NCBI GenBank assembly: GCA_977016875.1
Contig: CDRNST010000143.1
Span: 3,286,001 to 3,350,000 of the forward strand
From: Pavona decussata
Lineage: Eukaryota
Length of the DNA stretch: 64,000 bases
Direction: 5' to 3'
Shown here: positions 39,614 to 50,300 of the stretch, one piece after another
Layout of the letters: the number at the start of each line of letters is the position of its first letter
How positions within the stretch are numbered: the stretch's first letter is position 1
Notes under the pieces: model-generated
Databases searched by the model: none
What the model saw: only the letters and a program-made list of their open reading frames with translations
Told to the model about the DNA's origin: nothing
Position numbers and translations under genes: made by a program

Positions 39614-42600
39614 AATGATGATGATGATGATGCCGATGGTAATCACCCTCATGATCATAATCCTACTTATAATCACAATTTTTTGTACTCTTCTTATCTC
39701 AGAGATGAAGTTCTAAGGTCAGCTTGATAGAAATGCGGGGAAGCTAAAGACCGAAATGTGATTGACTTTGTTGTCTAAGGGTGACCCGAAGAGAAAACCG
39801 AGAGTCTTATGGCAGCTTAGAATTTGGCTTTGAAAACAAACTCATTGACGAAGGATATTCACAAAATGGACCGAATGGAGTTAAAAAGCGAAGGTTATCT
39901 GGGAATCTGGTGGAGAGCGTGATGCACGTTGTCAGTGCGTGGAGGTAAAAGGTCATGCAATGATCACTGGTACCAACATTTCCCAAAGAGGGTTCTGAAT
40001 GATGTTGAAAAGTGTAACATCCTGTGGGTCGACCTTGACTTCTTTACAGCTAGAGAGATCGACCATCGGAGACCTGACATTGTGGTATTTTAATATCCCA
40101 CGTGAGTACTAGCTAGATGATCGATGTTGCAATCCGGCCCTAGTGACTACCACATCGCAAAGATTGGGTTGGAAATGCTTGCTAACTACTGAGTATTAGA
40201 AGTAGAGATCCCAAGAATGTGAGACGGTGTCTATCACCAATGTGAAAATAATCGCGTCCTAAAGTGATGACGTCGCAAAAACTAAATTTGGCAAATTATG
40301 CAATTGGATGAGATATTCGAAAAGAGTTTGATCAAAACTGCCCACTTGCCAAAAAATCAACATCTTATTGCAACTTATGTTCTCATGACTCCATGTAAAC
40401 CCCTCTTATTAAGCCTCGGTTCTAAACGAGAAGAACTGAGTAGCATTCAGCGAATGGTCAGGATGGTAACTGAGGCATGCGTATGCTTAGGTGTCCTTGA
40501 CATTGCCACCGTTTGTTTTCTTACAGCTTTAATCTACATGGAAATTGTAGCGGGCTTTTTGCGCTACCTTCGTCTCAGTGATGCTTTCTTTGTAGTGCCA
40601 CGTGCACAAGACGGCGTTAAAATGGCTTTTCGTGCAGCTTGCGCTCACCCTTGAGTCTGTTTGGCCACCCATTGCAACTCTGTGCATACAAGTGGGAATT
40701 TCCAAACTCGCAATGCCTTGAAACTAAACTGATACTTCAGGGAAGATTACTCAGAAAACTGTATACTGTAAATATTTTTTTTTACAAAGTTATACGGACA
40801 TATTTTTTATTTTGTTCATAGCTATCTTACTTATAGGAATCCTTCAACGTTATAGGACCCATCTCTTGTTTTCCTTTTCAAGTTGTAATTTTATGTAAAN
40901 NNNNNNNNNNNNNNNNNNNNNNNNNNNNNNNNNNNNNNNNNNNNNNNNNNNNNNNNNNNNNNNNNNNNNNNNNNNNNNNNNNNNNNNNNNNNNNNNNNNN
41001 NNNNNNNNNNNNNNNNNNNNNNNNNNNNNNNNNNNNNNNNNNNNNNNNNNNNNGTTGTTCGAAAGCCGATTAACGCTAATCTACGATTAAAAGTTAAGCG
41101 AGGTTTTCATTTAGCTTTTTAAAAGTGGTTTTAAAGCCTAAATGCAAGCTAAAGGTAAAGAAAAGTCTAAGTCAAAACTGCGGGGCAAAAATCTTTTCGA
41201 AGAATCTTTATTGACTAGTAATTAAACTTGAATCAAAGTTCACGTTAACCCAGGATTAGCTTAATCGGGCTTTAAAAAACTGAGCCCAGGAGATTGTGTC
41301 ATTTTAAGAAAAAAAAAAATTGGTGTTTGTTTACATGATTCCAGAATTCAGTCTTTCAATTGCTTCAGATGAACGTTTTTGTTGTATCCCCCTTCCCCGA
41401 GATCTGATTTTATGGCTTACTCTCTTTGGATATTTTTTACTTTAGAGAACGTATTAAGGGTTTCCTTGAGCAGAATAAATTCCTTCCAACTTAAAGATAT
41501 ATAAACAATAGCCGCCATTTGGCGCGAAAATATGCTCAAATATCTGAGCATATTTTTAAAGCCAAATGGAGGCTATTGTGGCTATTATCCTTCAAATATT
41601 TTTCGCAACATGTACCAACGAGTTTGAGTATTTGAACATTTCGTTTAAGAACAGTTTACCGTCAAAAACGTTTAGAGCGTATGTTGTTTTCTGATACTGC
41701 TCTATCGACCAGCAGGTTTATCTCTCCTTCTGTCACAAAAGCAAACGTTCCGCCATCTTGACATTAACTGTTCAATTGTAAGCAAGACGCGCCTTGCAGT
41801 TTTTGAAATTGGGGAATATTCACGATGATATTCCCCAGTTTTAGCTGGGGTATATTCGGTTACGAAAATATTTGATGGATTATAACGGTGAATTTAAATG
41901 TAAATGATTATTCCGACGAATTAAGAGTAATGCTGGACAGCGCTTTCCAGCAGAAATTGAAACAATCGCCAATTTTGTACTTCTGATCATTAATTTGTTT
42001 GGCCCCTTAACCTTGAAAGTTTGCGTTACGAGAAGCGGCCTTACCAGTTTTTGTTCCAAAGACCGATGCCAAAGACAAGTTTTTTATATCCATTTACGGT
42101 CAAGGAGAAGCTCTCTCTTGTTAGGATATTAGGTTGGTTGCTATAAGCAATCAGGAAAAGCATCAGGGCGGGGTGTCCTATAAGTTGTCCTTGAAACCTT
42201 AGCCACATACACATAGTCATTCCATTTTTATCCGGGACATCTTGGAGTTTGAATGGCGCCATTCGTGTAGACGAGGAGAGAGTGATATCAAAAGGACCAA
42301 TCGCTGCAACGATAGATTAAAAACATTGTTAGCATCCCTACTGATGAAAGTATCTTGAGCCCTTAATTTTGTACTTTAGTCGCGTTGTTGTTGAACTTGA
42401 CCAGAGGATAAATAATGGGACGAATTAGAGTTTTAAATTGACTGTCATCAAAGGAAAGTAATTACGCTGGCCAATCACAACACGTGAACAACACAATGAA
42501 CCACTATTGCATGTTTGACTGATGCAAAGCGCGGATAAACGCCCGAAAGCAATTCACGGTTGGTTTTGGATGTACTTTTCAATGATTAATAATAATAATT

Positions 42601-44244
42601 ATATAATAATAATTACTTAATAATTAATTAAGAAGTTTGTGCGAGTTTTGTCAACCATCCAGAGAGCGTAGTAAAGCAAAAACAAAGTAAACGCGAGTTT
42701 ACTTTCGATAGTCAGTTGAAAACTGCTTTATGTTTGTCTGCCCACTAAGTACAACTTATAGTGGCTAACTTTATCCAGCAGTGGACAGATGTGTGAAGCA
42801 AGCACTTCTCTCAGTTTTAATAGTGAAGGCTTTTGGAACGTGTTTTCGTTGTTGTCAAACCTATTTGTCAGACTTCATAAGTTTTTCCACGTAGCTACAA
42901 ATATCAGTGCTCTCCAGAACTTTTACTTACATCCTTCTGAATTGATATTATTCCGTTAAACCCTTTTCCCGCGGACGTTTGCAAAAACTAAAAGTCAAAA
43001 AGATAACTACTCGGAAAACGTAAAATATAGGTGTAGACAAGAAACAGAAAAGTATCGTAGTATTTCGGTTCTAAACTTAATTTTATAACAACTGTCAAAA
43101 CTCCTGTGTGCTGATTGGCTCTTAGTTATTGTCTATAAGAGTGCAGACAATTATGATGACGTCACATGTAACGCACGGGTTTTCCCAACGGAAAATAAAG
43201 CCAATTCCACTCGTACTTTTTCCATGTTATTGCAAAAAAAAAACAAAAACACACAAAACAAATAGACGGTGGCTTTCTATGGTCTATCATCTTATAGCCC
43301 ACAAAATGTTCAAAATTTGGCAGTGAAACCGCTCGTTTGCGGCTCGTGATTCCACCTCAGTTTTGAACATTTTATAACGACATTTTATGGTCTATCAGAC
43401 GATAGACCACAGAAAACTGCCGTCGATTTATTTAATAGAGGACCACCTTCCCAGTGGCCCTGATGAAGAACTAATAAGCTATCAAAAGTTACAAAAATGT
43501 CGGCCTCAATCAACGCAGGAGCCCATCTCAATGTTGGTTTCAAGGGATGCCAAAGAACTTGTATTGTTTTAATTTAACGGTAACATTTTTGTAATATTTA
43601 ACTTCGTGACTGTTAGCTGGTGGATATTGGTTATTTTATTTATTAAGTAAATGTCAAGAATTTAGTGATTTATCACTCACGTTTAGTTCGCCGATTACAT
43701 GCCTTTTCTCCGCGCAGGTAAGATATTGAAGGAATATACAAAGGAAGACTTTCATCGTATGAAAAACCTGAAAAGCATAGATTAGTTAGAGCATGGTTTC
43801 CAGTTTAAGCGTTGGGACCTGGTGTAAAAACATATTTTGAAAGTTTAACTTTAAGGGTAATAACCGTATAGACGACAGGTAGGAAACTGAAAACAAGTCG
43901 AACCTTCAGAAGCAGACCTTTGACCTTCCGATACCGCCCAAAATATATAACCATAGGGTTGTGCTGACGTGACGCAAAACTCGAACCCCGGAGCAAACAC
44001 TTATGCAAGAAAAGTCATTACATCACTCCACTGCACCTTGGCGTTGCATTGTTAGGAGAAGTGAGGTATATTATACGCGAAGATGACGGTAGCTCATTGA
44101 AGAGTGCAGATATTGATAGGAAGTTTTTACAGTTGAGATGTTGCCGTCAGGAACAAAATATTAAAGCGTACCACTACATTTGATAAACTTACAGTGCGGA
44201 AGAAATGCCATCAGCAGGGCAGAGACCAATCCAAGGGTTGTCAT
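28239..44244 (-). CDS. Gene B: paralogous secreted pentraxin/LamG-TSP1-pentraxin/LamG protein, 7 coding exons, 549 aa
   Basis: Exons 44193-44244, 43681-43767, 42045-42303, 39193-39575, 35015-35188, 30471-30753, 28239-28650; all GT-AG; phases identical to gene A; 1650 nt open. Signal peptide [20 protein letters not shown]. Confidence 0.88.
28883..29240. mobile_element. Dispersed MITE-like repeat (GACGACGGCAACG family)
   Basis: Inverted GACGACGGCAAC / GTTGTCGTCGCTGTCGTC ends; related copies at about 3655-3800, 6750-7045, 38740-39040. Confidence 0.65.
30471..30753 (-). CDS. Gene B exon 6 (pentraxin domain 2, N-half)
   Basis: QLIQRDQAK...MTMCIWV; phase 1-2. Confidence 0.88.
31522..31995 (+). 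mobile_element. tRNA-derived SINE
   Basis: A box TGGCTCAGTTGG, B box GGTTCAAACC, about 400-bp body, (CAT)n tail; partial body copy at about 30981-31123. Confidence 0.8.
32910..34148. mobile_element. TTAA-targeting MITE (Kolobok-like), TIR AGGGAACCTCCACT
   Basis: TTAA at 32906-09 and 34149-52; 13/14 TIR match. Confidence 0.8.
32958..33776. mobile_element. Tc1/mariner (pogo/Tigger-like) MITE
   Basis: TA on both sides; TIR CAGTCRAACCTCCC; many subterminal TAAGCGACCAC repeats. Confidence 0.88.
35015..35188 (-). CDS. Gene B exon 5 (TSP1 repeat)
   Basis: [29 protein letters not shown]...CNTQEC; phase 1-1. Confidence 0.93.
35430..37512. mobile_element. GGACGGTGCC-family MITE interrupted by a Penelope-like element
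   Basis: TTAA-GGACGGTGCCTA ... TAGGCACCGTCC-CTAA. Confidence 0.82.
35656..37323 (+). mobile_element. 5'-truncated Penelope-like retroelement (RT plus GIY-YIG), pseudogenised
   Basis: [37 protein letters not shown] (RT); [20 protein letters not shown] (GIY-YIG); 12-bp TSD AAATACATGCTT at 35644-55 and 37324-35. Confidence 0.92.
37936..38315. mobile_element. Intact GGAC(A/G)GTGCC-family MITE (Kolobok-like)
   Basis: TTAA on both sides; TIR GGACRGTGCCTACT; further partial copies at about 11695-12690, 30794-31380, 34230-34575. Confidence 0.88.
39193..39575 (-). CDS. Gene B exon 4 (pentraxin domain 1, C-half)
   Basis: EFDVERL...WNHVCFVR...FYLWNREL; phase 2-1. Confidence 0.9.
39700..40230 (+). mobile_element. 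Remnant of a restriction-like-endonuclease non-LTR retrotransposon (R4/NeSL-type 3' end)
   Basis: Degraded HVVSA, HWYQH, ILW...[12 protein letters not shown] motifs. Confidence 0.55.
40900..41053. other. Assembly gap
   Basis: Run of N. Confidence 1.
42045..42303 (-). CDS. Gene B exon 3 (pentraxin domain 1, N-half)
   Basis: IGPFDITL...MTMCMWLR...LVFGIG; phase 1-2. Confidence 0.85.
43681..43767 (-). CDS. Gene B exon 2
   Basis: [29 protein letters not shown]; phase 1-1. Confidence 0.85.
44193..44244 (-). CDS. Gene B exon 1 (signal peptide)
   Basis: [17 protein letters not shown] then GTAAGT. Confidence 0.85.
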
Positions 44245-44939
44245 TCTCCCTGTCTGGCAAAAAGAGAAGCGCAAAATCAACGTAAATAACTCGGAAATAA
44301 TATTGACTATCCGACTGAAGACATACGCATGGAAAGCACGTTTTGGATGGTCCACTCAACTCAATGACGGAACGCGTTCTGAGTGGTTTCGACCGCTAGA
44401 GTGTTCGCTCTTATCCTTCTAGCAGATAAGTAACATTATAAATCATATAACTAAATGTAAATATATCAGATATATAAATCATATAACTAGTAGTAATCAA
44501 AGATTAGGGAGTGCGTTCGATGATGTCGATCCCAGGCTCTCTCGCCTTTGCCAAGTTGGTGATGACGTCATCCACCCCTGCAAAATCTGCGGGGAATGCC
44601 AGATAGGCGTCCCAAGAACCATTCATTCATTCATTCATTCATTGATTTAATCAACATCCCATACAATAATCTTGGCTCCAATCTGTATTAGGAGTACGTC
44701 CTTTTTACGTCGAACGCAATTAAAAACTGGATCATTCGATAACGCAGTTCAGAGTTTCGACTGAGTTATAATACTGGACAACATATATCAGCATTACACC
44801 ATACACGGCCGTCAAATAGTCCTCTGATCTTTCTCGTAAAATGAAATTAGTAAGGTCTAGCCATATTTCTTGGTTTTTTAATAAGAAAAATTATTTCACT
44901 GGCTGTTGTCGGATATAGGATAATCATAGTTGGACCTAA

Positions 44940-45240
44940 CACCTACCTAACAGATATGCTAATTGAATATACACCTACTAGAATACTCCACTCCGTTAAG
45001 AAAGATCTCTTTGTCGTGCCTAAGTACAATCTTAAAACCTATGGAAAGCGAGCTTTTTCTGTAATCGCCCCAGCGCTCTGGAATAATTTGCTTGTCTGTG
45101 ATTGTATTAAAACTTCAGAGTCCTTAAGTAATTTTAAAACTCGTGTTTAAACCCTTTTATTTAAACGTTCTTCCTAAATTTAATACGTTGTCATTTGATT
45201 TCATTGATTGTTATATTATTTTTCTTATTGTATCCTTGCA
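44940..45240 (+). mobile_element. L2/CR1-group LINE 3' fragment
   Basis: VPKYNLKTYGKRAFSVIAPALWNNL...FK, typical ORF2 C-terminus. Confidence 0.75.
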
Positions 45241-45471
45241 TAGTTAGAGCCCAGTCTCGACACTTTAGTCCTTTTGGTACATTTCAGTCCTTGAAATTAG
45301 ACTATTTAGGCCCTAATTTAGTGGAGCCAAATTAAACCTCAATATAGCTCCCGCCGAATCGGCCCCGATTTGGGGACCAAAACATTTTTTGAATTAACAG
45401 TATACAACGCAACTGTTTCTATTAATTCAGATTACCCTTATTTTGAACTAATCCATTTTGTATCTACTTAC

Positions 45472-45685
45472 CACTGAATCCGCTTTTGTTTCCCTTGACA
45501 ATGGATGGAGATAATGATATTATCTTTGAACAGACTGGAAAACTCGTTCAGCCGCTACTGACTTAAAAAGTAAAGGAATCACAGTGACTTGTACCAAAAG
45601 AAATGTAAATACTAATACTATATGTTGGGTGGCATAACACCTTAGGGGGAGGAACGTGCTGAAGCGGTAACCTTGATTACTTACT
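45472..45685 (-). promoter_or_regulatory. Putative promoter and non-coding first exon of gene B
   Basis: Homologous to 24312-24535 (CAGTGACT.GTACCAAAAGAAATGTAAATA...GGTGGCAT.ACACCTTA); minus-strand donor GTG|GTAAGT at 45472. Confidence 0.5.
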
Positions 45686-46573
45686 TTCATATCGTATATT
45701 TAAACGTTTTTGTTTCAACGTTTACCGACAATAAAGCACAACTGGGGAAGCCAAAGACTACCATTTCATGCTGTTTTAAAAAGCGTGAAGCGAAGATTTT
45801 AGATCGTCAACGAATCTTAATCTAGATTTTAAGGGTATGTTTTCCATTCCGTTGTGTATACCAGTCGAAAATAGGAAAAGTGCCAATCGAGGTTTGTGGT
45901 CAGAGTGAGAGAGACCGTACAGATGTAAGAAAAAAAAATGATAATGAGGAAACTTTTAGGAAAGCGCTGCAGACGTGTTGAAAAAATGTGCCTTCTTTTT
46001 CAATGTATCAGAAATGTAATTTTCCCTTTTTCGTGCAGCAAAATTTTCTTTAAACATTATGTAAAACGCATTTGTTTGGATTAATTCAGAATACCGTTGT
46101 TGAGAACAAATGCCTTTTGTATCTAGTTCATACTACTACCCCAAGCTGTAGCGACTTTTCGAGTCACTATACTAGTTTCTACTTACTTTAAAACAATGAA
46201 ATCTGTGCTGACTAGATTCCTCTCCTGGAAGAGTAAATTTATCCGACAACAAAGTTTTTGTTTTGCTACAAGTAACGTTGTCTTGGTTACCCCAAGCTGT
46301 AGCGACTTTCAGAGTCACTATACTTACTTAAAAAGAATGAGATCTCTGCTGTCTACATTCCTCTCATGGAAGAGTAAACTTATCCGACGATGAAGTTCTT
46401 GTTTTGCTACAAGTAACGTTGTCTTGGTTTGCACTCGAACCAAGACGAACAGGTGGCCATTCACTTTCTCCAAACAACTAAGCTTATTTACTTTATTTTA
46501 GCTTATTTTATTTATTAGCTTTGCCATTGTTACTTATGTACCGGCAACATTTCATAAACCCGTTCATATTTTA

Positions 46574-47077
46574 CGGCAGAACCCCGGTAACTCGAACTCG
46601 GATAACTCGAACTCCCCCGCTAACTCGAACTGAGTCTCAATTCCCTTGGATTTGACCCAACTTTTCAGTCATTTTTACTCGGTTAACTCGAGCTCCGATA
46701 ACTCGAAAACCCCGCTAACTCGAACTAAATTTCGTTTCCCTTCATCAAAATGTACCCTGATAACTCGAATTCCTGGTTCTTATAACTGGTCATAACTCGC
46801 CACGGATGCCCATTGAGATATCCCATTTGCTTTTCTTATCGTGTGATGGAATTCTAACACTAGATCAAAGACTGGATCAATTTGATTTTAATTAGTGCAA
46901 CGAACAGATACAAAATGTATTAGTTTCTCGTTAAATAAGTTTAATTTGCACTACCAAAGTGCTGAAAATCAATAAACTACTAATTACTAACCTGGAAAAT
47001 TGAATATTTTAATCGACCCCGATAACTCGAACAGTTTTTCGTTTCCCTTTAGAGTTCGAGTTACCGGGGTTCTACTG
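46574..47077. mobile_element. Tc1/mariner (pogo/Tigger-like) MITE
   Basis: TA on both sides; TIR AGAACCCCGGTAACTCGAACTC; repeated TAACTCGAA motifs. Confidence 0.88.
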
Positions 47078-47335
47078 TATATGATATTAAAGAGATTTTA
47101 AATTACGTTTACGGAAAACGGCAGAAATGACCACGTGATCACGTTTTTCCTACACTTTCCACTCGCTATTTTCAGTTTCTCAGTAAAATTGAGTAGTTTT
47201 GCGTTACCGAGTAAAACCTCCGTTTCTGTCTACAGAAGTTTGAGCCTCCCCAGATTTAATTATATCGATTTGTAAATATTAACAAAATTTAGAAAAAATA
47301 AAGGAAATGAAAAACAATTTCTTAAACAGGTAACG

Positions 47336-49028
47336 ATTTTTAAGGATGAATAACTTAAGACTCGTTAAATATAAAAATTTGCATGACTTACACGTAATGA
47401 TAATCACCTTGCCCACTGAATCCTTTTCTGATTCCCTTGACAGTGCAGGGGCGTAGCCAGGGGAGGGTTCCAGGGGTTCCGGAACCCCCCGTCTCCTATA
47501 TTTGACAGTGATTTTATCCCAGCTAGAATGTAATGGACTCTCGATTCCTGAAATTCTTCGTTTTGTTCTATGCTTACAATAAGTGCAGTGAACGTCATTG
47601 TGGTATCCATTTTTCGTTTCACTTGCATTTTCGGAGACATGAGCAGAGCTGGGATTCCTTTCCTGAAACCCCTGAGTGTAAAACTTCAGAAGAGAGATCT
47701 TGATGTCTACGAGGCATACACTAACAGTAATAATGTCACGGACGATCTCCAGGACATCCGAGACAACATCGAAGACATCTGGACCGAGTGGTTTGATCTG
47801 GCGGTTCGGCTACCGCGGCAAATGTAGGTGTTGTGCCTTCCATCCCACGCCGAACCAATCAGCAGCAGCATCCTGACAATGTACAAGCCCAGACACCATC
47901 TGATTACTATAAGAGGGCAGTTGCTATTCCCCTTCTAGACCATCTACAATCCGAGATGAAAACATACTTCAATCCTACTAATGACGCTGTCTTGTCCAGC
48001 CTCTTTCATCTTCTTCCTGAGCTGGTAGCCGTCGGAGACAAAAATCCTGACATTGAAGCAGCGCTGGAGTTTTATGAGAACGACCTTCCTTCTCCTCTTG
48101 TGGTTGATGTTGAGCTCCTGCGATGGAAGAGAAAGTGGTGTAGTTCTGAGGATGCCGACCTTCCCACCAGTGCAGTTCATCGAGAGTAAGTTCTTTCCTA
48201 ACATCCACACCTTGATCCCCATTTTGTGCACATTGCCGATAACGTCAGCTGAATGTGAGAGCTCATTCAGTACACAAAGAAGGTTAAAAACATACCTGAG
48301 GTCGACCATGTCAAGCGAGCGAGAGTCTGGGTTGGCATTGATGAACATCAATTACCACCGAGACATAAATATCGAGGAAGTGATAAACATGTTCGCTCAA
48401 CGGCAACCAAGGCGTCTTCTGTTTGCGTAGTGTAAACGCCAAAGTCTTGTACGTACGTAATGTAAGGATTTTAGACCAACCGTTTTCGTTGGAACCAATT
48501 TGGAACCCCCCCCTCCTAAAAATCCTGGCTACGCCCCTGCAGTGGATGGTGATATTAGTGTTATCTTAGAACAGAATGCACAAATCGTGAAGCTTCTGCT
48601 AATTTTAAAGAATCGCAGTGACTTGTACCAAAAGAAAAGTAAATATTGTCTGCTGGGTGGCATTACACCTTAAGGCGTAATGCCACCCAGCAGACAATAT
48701 TTACATTTCTTTTGGTACAAGTCACCGCGATTCTTTTACTTTTTAAATCAGCAGAAGCTTCACGATTTGTGCATTCTGTTCTAAGATAACACCAATATCA
48801 CCATCCACTGTCAAGGGAATCAAAATAGGATTCGGTGAGCAAGGTGATTATCATGACGTGTAAGTCATGCCAAATTTATTTAACGAGTCTTAAGTTATTC
48901 ATCCTTAAAAATTATTACTGGCATGGTGTGAATCTAAGTAATCAAGGTTATCAGTTCAGCAAGCTTCCCCCCTTAAGGGGAGACGCTTGCTGAACTGATT
49001 ACCTTGATTACTTAGATTCACACCATGC
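47336..49028. repeat. Two adjacent spacer-less palindromes centred on CCTTAAGG (48668-75 and 48971-78)
   Basis: Left arm 47336-47445 plus 48545-48671 pairs with 48672-48912 (about 240 bp); 48921-48974 pairs with 48975-49028. Confidence 0.92.
47446..48539 (+). mobile_element. Internally deleted hAT DNA transposon with 5-bp TSD (hAT5-like)
   Basis: 16-bp perfect TIR CAGGGGCGTAGCCAGG; TSD CAGTG at 47441-45 and 48540-44; frameshifted transposase C-terminus FPNI..L..ILCTLPITSAECESSFSTQRRLKTYLRSTM..ER..GLALM (hAT dimerisation domain). Confidence 0.93.
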
Positions 49029-49543
49029 ATAAATTCAAGGGTTTTGTCTCTGCCCCATTACCAATTTAGCCCAGTTTCATGGGTCATTTCCCGAACAGTG
49101 GCTAGTAATCGAGCCTAACGTAGTTGCTGATTAAAAAAACAGTAGGCCTTCACCTTTTCTAAGCTCTATTTTCACTGGATCCAGATAATCTGCGGCTCTG
49201 CAGCTCCATTGTCAATTGAAAGCAAAAACTAAACACTTGTTATTGATTAAAATTAAATTCGCGCAGTTCGCTGCGCACAAATTGTTCAATCTTTCAAGGA
49301 CAGGTTGACAACTCATTTATTTCGACAAACCTTTGACCTTTATTAGAATTGTAATTAGCTATTAGGAATCATCTATAAATATTTTATTCATAGGTTATTT
49401 CCTAAAGAATGAAGTTGATCATTGTGTTTTAGCCATTGACCTTGTAATTCCATTGTAATTTTAAATTATATTTATTTAGGCTATCTATATTGTAAAGCGC
49501 GCGAGAGCATCTGTTTAGGATTCGCGCGCTATATAAATAATAA

Positions 49544-49544
<1 letters not shown>

Positions 49545-49611
<67 letters not shown>
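49545..49611. repeat. (TTA)n microsatellite, probable tail of an L2-like 3' end
   Basis: Follows TTGTAAAGCGC...GCGCTATATAAAT. Confidence 0.85.
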
Positions 49612-49612
<1 letters not shown>

Positions 49613-49669
49613 TAATTGTTATTTTAAGGCCCACGAGCGCCTTAATTGTGAGCAGAAACCATCAACATG

Positions 49670-49929
49670 TAGCCTGCGATGCAGATGTTTGTAGGGGTCG
49701 CGCGAGAGCCAGAATATCGGTTAATCGTGGCCGCCATGTTGGATTTGCAAAATTTTAGGGAGTGGAGGAAAGGGAGCGGGAGAGAGAGGCTCCCCCTCCT
49801 TCTTTTTTCTTTCACTCTTTTACCCACCCCCTTGATCGCACTTCTACTCTCCCCAGTCTCCCTCTGTTTTAAAATCCAAGATGGCGGCTATAGCGCGCGC
49901 CCAGAACAATACGCTGGCACTGCAGGCTA
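49670..49929. mobile_element. MITE with TAGCCTGC...GCAGGCTA ends
   Basis: Terminal inverted repeat plus internal inverted GCCGCCATGTTGGATTT / AAATCCAAGATGGCGGC. Confidence 0.7.
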
Positions 49930-50300
49930 ACCAGTGTGAATCAGGCGGTGTGCGTCACGAAATTCGACCAATCAGAATGCGCTATTAGATCAGTGGTTTT
50001 CGCGCCCAAGAAAATCAGTCTGGAGAGGTCAGCCTGTCGAAAATTTCGTTATTAAAGAAGTCTGTGACATGTTTTCCAGGTTGACATTCGTTTCAAAATT
50101 AGAGGAACAAATTGGCTTAATGCTGATTAGGTTACTTTTTAAGCTGAAGCATTTGTTCGCGTTTGTAGCCTTTTCAACTCTTGCTGGGTTTGGCCAATAC
50201 TTTTGCGCGTTAAGTTTGCTTATCCTTACTACAACAAAATTTTCGGGGTCTACCCGGGACTACCCCTTATGGTTTTTCCGTTGGAAGCCGTTCAACTAAT

